Shown here: positions 34,979 to 47,695 of the stretch, piece after piece
Position numbering within the stretch: the first letter of the stretch is position 1
Layout: the number at the start of each line of letters is the position of its first letter
Assembly: GCF_018977255.1 (NCBI RefSeq)
Contig: NW_024704742.1
Coordinates: forward strand, 21,392,001-21,456,000
DNA from: Callorhinchus milii
Taxonomy: Eukaryota
DNA length: 64,000 nt
Direction of reading: 5' to 3'
Made by a program: the position numbers and the translations under genes
The notes under the pieces: model-generated
The model's input: the letters and a program-made list of their open reading frames with translations, nothing else
What the model was told of the DNA's origin: nothing
Database searches by the model: none

Positions 34979-37900
34979 TTCGGTTTTAACTAGATGTGGG
35001 TCTTAAATAAAAAACCTTCTCTCTCAGACGTGAGATTGCTACCAACTGAGCCAGGCTTACACACAAAGAACAGAGAAAAAGCTTTATTTAAAAATGAAAT
35101 TTAGACTAAAATGTTGACAGCGATACAGCACAAAGCTTTTATTGGCTTAATTTAGAGGTTGCCCAATAAGTACAATGCAGTACTCTTAACAGAGTCCATA
35201 GTATTAACAACAAATGTCATTGCTTGCTTCTGCAAGGGATTATACACCACTGTAAACTTAAACTACTTCCACAACTCTGTTTTCATAACAGCGTGGCGCT
35301 AGTTTCAATTTCCAACTCAGTGATGCTTTTGTCAATCTAAACAATTCAAGAACCATAAAATAAGTGTTGCCAGCACTGGCATGTGACCCCACTGTTCATC
35401 GACCATAGCTGTGAAACCCTCTCCATTTCAGTTACTCCACAAATTGGGACAAAATGTCTGCAGTTCAGTGATCTACACAAATAGAAATTTAAACTGGTGT
35501 TATGATAAGTTACGTATTGTTTTTGGACGATAAAGGCCCAGATGTATATTATAGGCACCCATAGGATAGAGTATCCAACATGTAAAATATTCTAACTTTT
35601 CAAACAACATTGTATAACTTGGGAGCGGCTGTGACCTAAACATTTGAGAGTTTGGTTACGAGTGTCATGTCTCTCTTAATAAGGTTGTAAAATTGCTCTT
35701 CAGGAAACATTACTGGCACCTAGCCACTGAATAAAGTGGCCTTGTGATGTCAACAGCATCTCCAGCAGGGAATCCTGCACATCAGGATCAGCCACCCCAT
35801 TACAGGGTCTCTTCTTGCAGGGGAACATCCTACTGATACAGCTCATTAACCAGTTGCAGATCAGACCAACCAACTATTCCAAACAATTCCAAATGTAAAC
35901 ATCTGTCAGGAAATTGATAGCCTGGAAAAGAGCAAACTCTAAGCATTGGTGGCCGAGGTTTAAAACATAAAAAGTGCAAAAAAACAGGATGAACTGGCAC
36001 AATCATCAGGTCACATCAGAAGGCTAGTGGAGCTGGAGAAATTATGTTCATTATTTCTCTGACCCTCAGCCTAAGTGAGTGTGAAAGACAGACATAGCTA
36101 TAGACTGTACCTAGAGCATCTTCCACTGGGAGTGTTAAATATTATTGTTTTCCTAAATCTATATCTGAGACAGGAAAAAGCATCAGGATCAACCAGCTTA
36201 AAATATCCAATCTGGTGTATGCTAAGTGACTCAGCTCAGACACCAACCTTCATCTCTCCGTCTACTATCTACAGTCACATATTTACATCTAGAAAGAATG
36301 CAATCTCAGCCCATATTTTTAACAATTATTGCTTAATCAAACTGCTTATTTAAACAAAAATCCCTCCGGCAATTTCTTAATGCACTTACTCTTGTTCACG
36401 CTTACTGGCGTGGGTAGTATCAAGATTTTGCAGCACAATAATATCTCTAAAAGGACACATTCCAACTTTGGCTGAGATCGATACCAGCTGCATTTCACCT
36501 GCATTCCTGTAGAAACTCTGATATCTGGCCGATTGTCAGTAACAGTGCGTAGACAACTCCCAAGGGCTTTTTTTCAATAAATCCAAAGCACAGACATACT
36601 TTGCTTTGAAAGCTAAGAAAGCCTCATGGACATAAGATAACAACTCGTAATGGCTCAGAGCATAGTCAAGTTGCACTGGGCTATTGAGCTAGAGAGGATC
36701 CGAATATTGTGACGTGGATAAAATCCAATTCAATGATAGTCACAATGTAATCTTGGCAAAATGACAAAACATTACTAAGATTATGCTCTGCAAAAGTTAT
36801 ATAAATGTCTTGAGTAAGACAAAAATGTGAGCAAACAAAAATGATTTTGCATTAAAATATTAATTTCAAATAATAATAATCCTTGCATCTAATATAGAGC
36901 CTTTCATGTCGGGAGAATATTACAGGATTTACTGTAAAGTGAACACACCTTGTTTACATACAAATAAAAGGCTTCAGCTCTTCTTCAGGAAAGACAGTCT
37001 CATAGTACTGACCTTGCAGTGGGTGGTACAGATACACAGGCCTTTACAGCTATGCTGAATAAAGAGCGTTGGAATTGGTGAATATGGAGCACAAGGATTT
37101 GTACAGAACTCAGCAGAAACTCTCAAGTTCCATAAGAGATTCTGCCGTGTCCTGGCCAACAATCCTCCAGATAAATTGATCATTCGCTTCATGGATCTTT
37201 GCAGAACACCGCTGTGTGCAAATTGGGATGGAAAATGTGCTTAAATGTGAAAGTGCAGCACAAATATCACCAGCAGGAAAATACTTCTCTGGTTGGAAAA
37301 TGCATCTTCCACAAGGAATCTGATGCACACTCTAATCTAAGGCCTGGTGAGTTGACATGAAGTACATGGGAATTCTCGATAAAGAGAATGACCCAATACC
37401 CTTTTTAGTCGCAAGGTGTCATTTACTTTGTGGTTTTCCCATTTGAACACTTTTTCAACCCCACTTTGGTCACTATATCAGATCATTTAATCATACCCCC
37501 TAAACTGAAATAAACAAAAGACCACAAAATCCAATCTGGCCAATTTCAGACGAGGTTTGAACGTGCAGGGTGGACTGACTAGAGACAAACCACAGACGGT
37601 TAAATTGACATAGCATATGCTGCAGCAGCTATGCTAAATATAGTGAATAAAAACTGAGTAAAAGGTAATAAATCACAACTATGCTCTATGAAAAGTGAGT
37701 GTGTGCTATAAACTAGATACATTGCAAGCCTGTCACTGCAGAACAGTGCACAATGGTTCTTGCTAATAGACAATTGGGACTTGAGTCTTTAACAAACTAT
37801 TCTTGTTACGGAAGAGTGTCTTTGTGTCTATGGAATTCCAGATAGTTTCCATGGGCTAAAAATTGAAGTAATCCTTAATCACGTTCTGTAATCACCGAGA

Positions 37901-39371
37901 TAATTAACAAGTGTTTTATCGACTGGGAAGTGTCCTTTATGACAGGTTTGGGACTGAACACTTGCTGACTTCGAGACTATGATCTCTTCCTCAAGCTTCT
38001 CACAGCCAATTTCGCCACTATGCTCTTCTTAGACTGCAGCGAGATTCTTGTTTAATTCCCAGGGTTAGAATGCCTTTTTAATGTTCATTTTTTTTAATTT
38101 AAAAAATATTTTTAAGCCATTAACCGCCAAAGAATACCGAAATCCGCGATCTCCAGAGCCGGAATAAAGACTTTCTTGATCCTATGTAGGTCGCATCTTA
38201 TGCTCTTATGAGAAGACCAACCAATTGAGACAACAGTTTAAGGGACTAAAATAAAATAGTGAAGTCAACACAGCAAAGGGAGAAACCTGCAGAGCTCAGC
38301 AGTGGCTGGAGTTCATCATTTTCCCACCATTTTGCCTGCGGGCTGCATAAGAATTATTCTTTTTTCAATTCAAAACCATCTGTAAAAGTCATTCTGAAAT
38401 GGTTACAGTTTCAGTTATATGATCAATGGAATCTGATCCATTTGCCCCACACCCTCTAATGCTCAGCCCTGCTGAGCTCTACACATATACAGTATGTCCT
38501 GTTGTCTGTTCGTTTGCATCAAAGAACCCATAACATAATGAGTCTAACATCTGCACAATACAGAAGCTACCTTTCTTTTCTGATATTTTTATAGACTAAC
38601 CTGGGAACTTTTGCATTTGGCACACTACACAGTTCGATGGGAGAACGTTTGTGTGGCCATGTAAATAGAGAAGCTCGATATATTGAGACTGGTTCAAAGG
38701 TTTAAAGAAGTCAAACAGAGGTGGATCACACATAATCTGGTCTCAGCACACACTCCATTCAATGTGCCCCCCCAAAAAAAAATCCCCCCCCCCACCTCCC
38801 ATTTGCAAGTTTCAGACTCATTCCTTCAGACTATGGAGAAATGAAAACCCAGAAACTCAGAATGAAAACCTTCATTGAATGAAGTCAATGAATCACTCAA
38901 CAAACACACAATTTGCAATGAAATCTCACAATAGTAATAACATTTCACGACACCATGTTGGGTCTTCCAATAATTTTCAGCTGTTCAATTATTAAGACCG
39001 AGTAAAATGCTGATGCTGTCATGAATCAATCTATTTTCCCTCAAAGTTGCAAATTTGTTCATGTGAGTGACACATTTTGCACAAACCACTGTGAAACATC
39101 ACAGTAATCATAAAGAAGATTCACTAAGCTTAGAAATGTTGTAGCTGTGTGCTTATCAACAATTGTCATACAAGTTTTTATGTGCCATTTGATTTTGCAT
39201 TAATAGCACAATTTTAGTTATGATTGCATTAATTAAACCAGTTTGATAGGCTGCTGACATTATTGTTAATTTTAATTGCAACTTTGAGCTCATAGACTGA
39301 CACTTCAGTGCAGTGTTAGGGGATCATTGAATTGTCGGAGGTGCTGTCCTTTGGGTGAATGTTAAATCAAT

Positions 39372-39704
39372 GTGGAGTCCTGTAGCTCAGTGGTTAGAGC
39401 ACTCTCTTTGCAAGCGAGAGACCCGAGTTCAATCCCTGGCAGGGCGAAACCTTGAGCAAGTTTCCTTACTCCACACTCCTAATAATAATCTCTCCAAAAC
39501 TAAAAACAATATTTAAATTGATCATTTTCAATCTACGATTGTTTGTGGGACATTGCTGTGCGCAATTGGCTGCCGCGTTCGCCCACAAATATACAGTCAA
39601 TTCACTTTACAGTGTGTTCTGTGAAGCGCTTTGGGACGTCCTCCTGACGTGAAAAGCGCTATGTCAAATGCAAGGATTATTATTATTATTATATTATTAT
39701 TATA
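39372..39704 (+). mobile_element. Young tRNA-Ala-like SINE, short subfamily, full length
   Basis: ggagtcctgtagctcagtggttagagc...tttgcaagcgagagacccgagttcaatccc; body; aagcgctttgggacgtcctcctgacgtgaaaagcgct stem-loop; (TTA)n tail. Confidence 0.95.
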
Positions 39705-39819
39705 ACGTCTTCTGTGCTTATCTTTATCCTCTGTTGCCTCTGTTTCCTCACCAACATGCTGCCTCTTCGTGGCTTCATTTCCGCATGACTATCGCTCTAC
39801 TCCAGCAGTGTCCCTCAAC

Positions 39820-40232
39820 AATAATAATAATAATAATAATTCTTCCATTTGGTATAAAACGTTTCACATCAGGAAGACATCTCAAAGCACTTCACACGAT
39901 ACGTAAAGTGGAGTGACTGAGTGTTTTTTGTAGGCAAACACGGCCGTCAATTTGCGCACAGCAACGTCCCACAAACAGCCGTGAAACACCGGACCCCAGG
40001 AGAAACTTCCTTTCTCCTTTTGAATAACACAATAGGATCTTTAATGTCCACTTGAACAGGCAATCAGGGCCTTGGTTTAACATCTCATCCGAAGGATAGC
40101 ACCTCCAACATTGCAAGACTTCATTGAAGTGTCAGTTTAGACTATATGAGTTCAAAGTCCCGAAGTGGGGATTGAACCCACAACTTTCTGACTCTAAGAT
40201 GAGAGTACTACTAACTGAGCCAGGCTGATACA
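39820..40232 (-). mobile_element. Deu-type SINE (SacSINE1-like), near full length
   Basis: Head tcagcctggctcagttagtagtactctcatcttagagtcagaaagttgtgggttcaatcccc, Deu domain ccttcggatgagatgttaaaccaaggccc...gtggacattaaagatcc, and the L2-type tail. Confidence 0.88.
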
Positions 40233-41799
40233 CATAATAAAACATTCTGAAACATTCCTTTATGTGAGCGTGCTATATAAATGCAAATTGTTGTTGTCTT
40301 GGCAATAGGGAGAGAGAGAAGTGTGTTACTCATTACAATGTCACAACCAAGCAACACAGAAATAGTTTAACCCAAATTACGTCACTGCCTCAAGTGTTTA
40401 GCAAACAAACTATCTAAATGACTTTAACCGCAATAATCCTGGGCACCTTTAACCCCAATACTTACATTTTAGAATAAAACACTTTTAATTTTGTTCATCA
40501 ATAAATCATTTTTAAATCAAATTTAAATATGCAGTCCTCGTGCAGTATTTCTTATCATGAGCCAAGTTTTTTTTCTTAATGGGGCTTCACTGAATTTGTT
40601 TTTTGCTTATTATTCATATTGTGATATGAGCGGATCTCACCTCTGGGTCGAAGATGTGATTTGACAGCTTTATAAACAGTCTGCAGAGGGGTTCCCCCAG
40701 GAGCCACAAAGCCTTTTTATGGTGAAAAGGTAATTACTGTGGGCCTTCTCATTACCCCTGGGGTCATTCTTTCCTTGTTGTGTCCTGTCAGTGATCAGCC
40801 GCATGTTTCCATTCTGTGTTCTCAGAGAGCTTTCTAAGGCAATGACAGCCCAGACTGTACCTTTCTCTTTATGAGCTTCTCGAATACATAAACACTGGGT
40901 GTCAAACATAGGCAAATAAGCACTTCCATCAAGAAAGACTAACAAGGAGGATATAGATTCCAAGATAACAGAGTAGTAAATAATACGCTGTGAAGAAGTT
41001 TGATTCACCAAGACTTCATCAACCCAATGGCGGAGAATGAACCCAACAGATTCCACTATTCTCAATGTTAAGCCTATTCAATATTCTTTTAGGCAGTACT
41101 ATGATATATGCTTCAGGCACACACAACTTTATTGCTATGGATTAGACTTTTGCCGTTGTCGAATAAGTCGACAGTATCCGAACCCAACCCAAAACAGGTG
41201 TGTCTGCCTAATTCCCATTTCAGTGATCATTTTACTTTGGCTACAATATCGACTATAAGCAGGTTTTCATGGCAAATACAGCAGAATTGTGCGAGATACA
41301 TTATACATTTCTCAAGCACTCATTTATCTCTATCAAAAACAAGTAGCTTTAACTGATACTCTGCCTATTCTTTGTAAGCCTTTCAATCACTCACTCACTC
41401 AATCACTCACTCAGTCATTGACTCTTTCCAATACGGTCGACTCAGTTTCATTGAATTACAATTTAATTCAGAACAGATGGTAGAAATTATACAACACAAA
41501 GATATCTAGCATGAAACCATTAACTGTATCAAGCTTCATTTGAGCTAGAACTCCCTTCTTTAAATTTCTTTAAATGGGAAAGTTTATAAAACGCCGAGGG
41601 GCGGCCAAGAGAAACTCCACTGAACGATTTGGACGAGAAGGATTCTATCCATGTGAAGGAGAGAATCAGTACCTCCATAGATTCCTGAAAGTTTGTTCTG
41701 AAAGGTTAATTTACATTTGATACCTGGTAAAACATCCCTACTGAAATCCAAATTTCTGGCATCTCACCCCTGGAAAAAGCACATCAGGACAGAGGACCA

Positions 41800-41935
41800 A
41801 AATCATAGAATTATATAGCACAGAAGGAGGAAACTCGGTCCATCGTGTCTGTGCCAGCTCTTTTAAAAGAGCTATCCAAATCAATCCCACTCCCCCGCTC
41901 TCTCCCCATAGCCCTGCAAACTTGTCCTCCCCAAA
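41800..41935 (-). mobile_element. CR1 LINE 3' end fragment
   Basis: atcatagaattatatagcacagaaggagg...gagctatccaaatcaatcccactcccccgctctctccccatagccctgcaaacttgtcctccccaaat, the reverse complement of 28500-28640. Confidence 0.88.
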
Positions 41936-42129
41936 TCCTTGGTTCTTATTTGAGATCTCCTCAGAGCCAAATGCAATCTACTTCCTGAGAAGAGTTCCTG
42001 TGGGTTGGTGTGATGGTACTGAAAGGTGAACACATTTGCCTGATATTGTTGCAAGAAATGCAGCAAAGGGGTAGTCCCAAAGGTATACTGGACAGAGATC
42101 CGAACCGAATAGACTTGGACTGTGATGGT

Positions 42130-42420
42130 CTGAAATCCAGTTTGTGCCAAGTTTGCCTGTATTACCCTGGGCTACAAGGGGAGTTAAATTGTCCCTGGAC
42201 CTCCCAGGGTTAGGGAGAGGAAAATCAACCAGACTTCCTGCTCCTGGTCGCTCTACAGCTTCCTCTACTGACTGTGTGCCGGTGACATAACTGCGTAGGG
42301 AGAAGCCAGGCTCCACTGTGACACCTTCTATGGTCGGGTGATCTGCCGACACTGTCTACAAAGGCTCACACATGGACAACGGTCACTTGGGCAAGAGATT
42401 GGAAGCACATCCCAGCAAGA
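42130..42420 (+). mobile_element. Ancient tRNA-SINE copy (AmnSINE2-like family)
   Basis: gggttagggagaggaaaatcaaccag...cctgctcctggtcgct...ctgccgacactgtctacaaaggctcacacatggacaacggtcacttgggcaag. Confidence 0.65.
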
Positions 42421-42529
42421 GGAGGCCAGAACAGGAGTAGAGAGGCATGTACTCTGTGGAAAGAAAATTAGAAAGAATAATTGGATGTGCTAAATACATA
42501 AATGTAAATACAACAAATTAGACCTCGAT

Positions 42530-42995
42530 GCCTACTTACATTTCTATGCCTCTGTGACCGTTATCTGACTGCTGGCTGAGACCTGCACTAAACTCCACCT
42601 CATCAGTTCTTGCCAGGCTCCACTGACTCTCTATCACCAATCGGATCACTTTCAAGATCCTCACACTTGTCTTCAAATCACTTCATACCCGGGCACATAC
42701 CTACCTCTCCGATCTGCTTATTCCCGAACCCACTACCATTGCCTCTGCTCGATTGGCTTCAGACTTCTGTTTGTCCCTCATGATCTGAATTCCATCATTG
42801 GTGGCCACGCTTTCAGCCACTATGTCCCAAAACTCTGGAATACGTTCCCTCAATCCCTCCAGCTTGCCCCCTCCTTCCTCATTTGAGGTCATGCCTGAAG
42901 ACCTTCATCTTTGACCGTGCTTACGGTCACCTCCCCCCAGTTCGGCGTCAGGCTCTGCCACTGTTAAGCGCTCTGTGAGTTGTTGTTGTTGTTGA
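42530..42995 (+). mobile_element. L2 LINE 3' fragment
   Basis: ccaggctccactgactc...ttcaagatcctcacacttgtcttcaaatc...tttcagccactatg...ctgttaagcgctctg + (TTG)n. Confidence 0.85.
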
Positions 42996-43482
42996 GACCA
43001 TGAGACAAGTTGGGTTACTGAAGGCCACCAGGGCTACAGCCACCTAAACTCTCCTCGAATTTACATGCAACTGATTATCAGCAGCTTCTGGAGACGAGTC
43101 ACACTAGCAGGAGATACAACAACGACAACACAACAACAAGCTATACCTGGGTGGTTGCTTGGTATGGGAGGCCAGGAAATGGCTCCTGGTAGCAATAGAA
43201 CAAACTGGGCACTCTTTCAGTTTGTTTGTACTTTAAAAATCAGGCCATGAAAACCTCCTGTGGTCATTGTTTGGACAAGTCACAGAAGGTCAGGGAGCCC
43301 AAAGAAAAAATAAACCATTTATTTTCTCATTAAAAGCACACACCATGGATACGGGAAAGCATAGATGTGAATGTTAATGCTGGGTTAAATTCAAGAAAAG
43401 GCATTCTTAAATTACTGGGGACTGCTAAATGCAAGGATTATTATTATATGAAGCATTTTGTTTTGTTTAGAATAGCTATCGA

Positions 43483-43960
43483 CAACTTGCATTTATATAA
43501 CGCCTTTCACATGGGATAGTGTAACGGTGGCAGAGCATGTCACTGAGTCAGAGAGAGAGGAGAGGTGACCGTAGGAACGGTCAAAGATGTAGGTCTTCAG
43601 GTGCGATCTGAAAACATGCAAGAAGGGGCAAAGAGGAGGGATTGAGGCAGAGAATTCCAGAGTCTTGGGGCATAGTGGCTGAAAACGTGGCTAATGATGG
43701 TGGAACCGAGGGAATGAAAGACGTGCAGGAGGCAGAGCCAGCTGAGCAATGGGGATGGTTAGAGGAGTGGGATGTAAGCAGTTTTGAGGGGTATGGAGGT
43801 ACCAGGGCATGAAGTGATTTGTACGTGAGTGTGAGGATCTTGAAATCGATTTGTTTTGCAGTGGAGACCAGTGGAGCCTGGCAAGGACTGGGCTGCTGGG
43901 GCAGGTGAGGATGTGGTGGGAGTGGGGGGAGGCGGCATAGAGTATGTGTGAGGATAGTCC
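43483..43960 (-). mobile_element. L2 LINE 3' fragment
   Basis: ORF remnant SPVLARLHW...KQIDFKILTLTYKSLHALVPPY; tail caacttgcatttatataacgcctttcac. Confidence 0.85.
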
Positions 43961-44015
43961 ACAAATGATTTTTGGCTTAGGCAGACCAACGATTTCAATC
44001 TCCAAGTTTACACTA

Positions 44016-44289
44016 CAGTGGAAGCCGGTTAAGGCGGTTGCGTCGGGGTTGGACATTTTGTCCGACTTAAAAAGTGTCCTGTTCCTCCGTCCCCTCCTCA
44101 CTGATTGACAGCCCAACTCCAGTCGCTTGTGAATGGCTGGAGTCCACTGTCAATCACAAATTTACTCCTCTTATCTACATCCTGGAGCCTTAAAACAGCT
44201 AAGAATACAGGTGATTCGGGGCCGGGCATTTTGTTCGATTTACCTGACGTCCAGGGTTAATCGGCGTCCAGCAAAAGCGGATTCCATTA
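44016..44289. mobile_element. Putative non-autonomous pogo/Tigger-like (Tc1/mariner) MITE
   Basis: TA|cagtggaagccggtt ... aagcggattccatta|TA imperfect TIRs; internal about 27-bp direct repeats tcgggg..gg.cattttgt.cga.tta (44043 and 44216); internal hairpin; locally CpG-rich. Confidence 0.6.
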
Positions 44290-46469
44290 TATAATGGTTC
44301 CTTGACATAGCGATGCTGTTGGTGGCTGATCTGGCTTTATGTCTACTGTGTTCATTCAGCGTATAACTGAGATAAGCATGAACATGCCTTCCAGGAGTGA
44401 TGGAGTTTAGAGCTGGTTTTACTCCAGATTCCTGCACCATAAAGCTTTTTCTAGTGGACAAGTAGGATATCTCTCTATCAGCCCTCTGTACATTCGTGCT
44501 GTAGCTTGAAACATACATTTGTGCTGCAACAGTCAGGATCACTGAACTAATTCAATTTATTATGGGCTCTAGAACAATCATAAAGCCACCAGAAATTTCA
44601 AAGTTTGAGAGCCAATTTGAACAATTCTCTAGCATTTTGAGCATCCTTGTAAAGGTTGAATGGAACTTCGTAAATATTGTATTTCAAAGCATTAAACGCC
44701 TTCCAGTATGCTCTTTGTCTGTGGGTGGTGCTATGCAGGGCTTATGGTGCACTTCTAGAGGTGGCATTCCTGTTATTAAGGGCAGGTCTGAAAAGAAATG
44801 TAGGCGATTGATTTTGAGACACCAGTGACTGGACCACTGTGCTGACAAATAGCTTTCCATCACCACCAGGCTCCTGTCATCATTCCCAATGGTTGAAGCG
44901 CCAGTGTTCAAACCTGAATTCTGGTGCTGCTCAGCAACAACAACAACTTGCATCGATATGGCGTGCTTCTCACACGATGGAGTCTCAAAGCACTGGTAAC
45001 AAGCAACACAAGGGGAAGGAAATCCCATTGTAAATTCATCAACTTACAAAGAACATTGATTCCTAATGGTTTTATGCCCACCTATTTAAAGGGGGTAAAA
45101 TACAATACCCCACAGCACTTATTTTTTTTATTTATTTGTTTATTTTTACTTATTTGAGACACCTATAAGACGTGAAAAGCGCTATATCAAATGCAAGGAT
45201 TATTATTATTATTGTTGACGGAACATCTTGTGTCATTACATGCTACCACTCAATCCACCATTAGTTTCTGTGTCGCCATAGTCGCTTCGAACCAAACGGT
45301 TTTGATATGTGGTTTGAGGCATAGAGCAGTGACGGTCACTTTAAACTGTAAGCTCAATGTCTGTAAATTAAGTGAGGACCAGGGTTGGAACCTCTTGGGC
45401 TATAACCAGCATAGTTTGATGGGCCGATTGTCCTTCATCTACGTCATATGTTGTACTATTCTGTCCCAGATCTATTCCGGCATCAATATAAAAGCTCTCA
45501 CTTCCTCACTAGCACGCTTTCCAGTTGTACAATCGCAGCTGGTATTTCACATCTAATTTGATGGAACCTTTCAAAAGCAAAATTAAAATAAAATGAGTAC
45601 TGGCTAAAAGAACAAATTGTGACAGTTAGCAAGAGTCTCTGAATATTCACAGTGCCCAGCGAAATTGGTTTGTTTTTTTCTTGTTTGTATTTTCACATAG
45701 GCAAGCTATCAACAGTGAAAGCTTCAGCACAGATATACTGCGACAAGTGTCAATAGAAACTCTGAATTTCATTCCCCTGTGCAGGTATTTGGACCAAACA
45801 GAACATTTATGAAGTGCCCTTGAAGTGAGCTCAGATATCCCAACGTTTTCTCAATATAACTCGCTGACCTAAGCAAAACAATTGGCTTTGCAGTTGATTG
45901 TAGACTTTTAAACCAAACTGTTGTTGCATGTTACTGAAGACAAAGGCAATGAATATTTGCAGGAACTATTAGTCAGAATGAGAACAAAACAGTAATCCCC
46001 AATACTGGCATTCGCACATTTCTTCTTGAATTTGGGATTCATCGGGTACTTTATGTACAATTATTTCATTGGCAACAATAAATACATTCTCCAATATTTC
46101 TCACACCTCACTTTAAGGATTGAGATAATGGATCCAAGCACAAGGAACTATCCTGATGCAAAACAAAATCACTGGTTTAGGACGTCTTCCTAACATGAAA
46201 AGCGCAATACAAATGTAATGTGTTGTTGTTGGTTTAAACAGCTTAAATCTATATTTGGCAAGTTTATCTTATATTCACTAAAAGTTCCACAAAACGTGAA
46301 AAAAAACTACAGAGCCGCAAAAGGACATTAAATTCTAAAACATTAAAGACAAGTGGTATGTTAGCCAGATGCAACACCAGGGGAACTGTGCTAAGCAAAT
46401 AACCAGTCAAAAAGGAGAGCTGAGTTTCAAGCAAACCTCAGATTGATGGGATGAAACTCTTTTTCTTAC

Positions 46470-46580
46470 AGAATCACAGAAATTTACAGTGCAGAAGGAG
46501 GCCGTTTGGCCCATTCAGTCTGCACCGGCCCTCAAAGCAGTCAATTCCACTGCCCTGCCTCATCTCTATAATCCTTCAAA
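46470..46580 (-). mobile_element. CR1 LINE 3' end fragment
   Basis: gaatcacagaaatttacagtgcagaaggaggccgtttggcccatt. Confidence 0.75.
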
Positions 46581-46589
46581 CTTCTGTAG

Positions 46590-46787
46590 CCTTGGCTCTT
46601 ACTAACTTGCGCCTGATACTTTCTGGAATTAGGTAAACAGGGAGAGAGTGCACATTCCAGTCCAAAAATCTGTCTCTGGGATTTGCATGTGTAGGTGGAA
46701 TGCATGGAAATTTCAGTTTGGTTTGGATACTCTTAAGCACGGTGATAGGTTTCCACATGTGTCAAACATCCAGCTGACCAAAAAAAA
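46590..46787 (+). repeat. Unclassified interspersed repeat, copy 3 of 3
   Basis: See copies at 31335 and 34605; ends in gaccaaaaaaaa. Confidence 0.8.
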
Positions 46788-47564
46788 TTATGTCTTTCAA
46801 ATACTGTATCTTTCATATTCTTTCAGCTTTAAGAGTCCTACATTTCTTGGATTCTACATTCGCTCAGATAGTCCAGGCAATTTCTATTTGGAACAGTAGT
46901 GCAGAGCATTTTCTCACATTACTTTGAACAACAATTAAGCAAAGCTTGTTAGATCGTTCAGGGAGCTGCCCGCCTTGCATGAAACAACAGGTGGTCTTTG
47001 CATTAGTAGATTGCACATTTAACAAGAAATAACATGCCTGGGAATTCCAGGTTTGCTGAGCTATTGTGCTTCGACTAGCATTTATTTTACTGGATAGATT
47101 GCTTGTACAAAACAGAAAGAAAGAGTATTTCTTTGAAGTTTTATTCAATCAACCCAATAAAGGTCTGGATCAAAGTTTACTTCAGTGCACCAGTAGGTAT
47201 CAGCGTGTCTCAGATTAGATGATGGGGACGTTCTGTTTCTATGTCTGAAGGTTTATGGTCTGACTCATACAAAAAGATTAATACCTGTAATGGTTGTTTC
47301 AGACCTCAGTCATTGAAATAAGCCACAGACACCTCTGATATTGGAGCTGCAGCTGCTGAATTCAAAGGTTCTTGCTTTCTTTTCCATTTCATTTCGCCCA
47401 TAAATATACAGTCAATTCACTTTACAGTCTATTCTGTGAAGCGCTTTGAGACGTCTAGAAGATTTGAAAAGCGCTATATCAAATGCAAGGATTATTATTA
47501 TTATTTCTATTACAGTATTTCCTCAGTTCATTGCAAGAAGGTCTTGCAAGAGGTTCATTGTAAG

Positions 47565-47695
47565 AGGGATTAAGGGATATGGGGAAAAGGCGGGTAAATG
47601 GAATTAGGTTAGAAGATCAGCCATGATCTTATTAAATGAGGGGGGCAGGCTCGAGGGGCCGAATGGCCTACTCCTGCTCCTAAGTCTTATGGTCC
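47565..47695 (+). mobile_element. CR1 LINE 3' end fragment of a different subfamily
   Basis: gggattaagggatatggggaaaaggcgggtaaatgg...gatcagccatgatctt...ggctcgaggggccgaatggcctactcctgctcct. Confidence 0.82.

Larger units (their letters stand above)
34290..35060 (-). mobile_element. Old Deu-type SINE interrupted by an about 400-bp composite insertion
   Basis: Body 34290-34600; head resumes about 34995-35060 (aaccttctctctcagacgtgagattgctaccaactgagccaggc). Confidence 0.8.
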
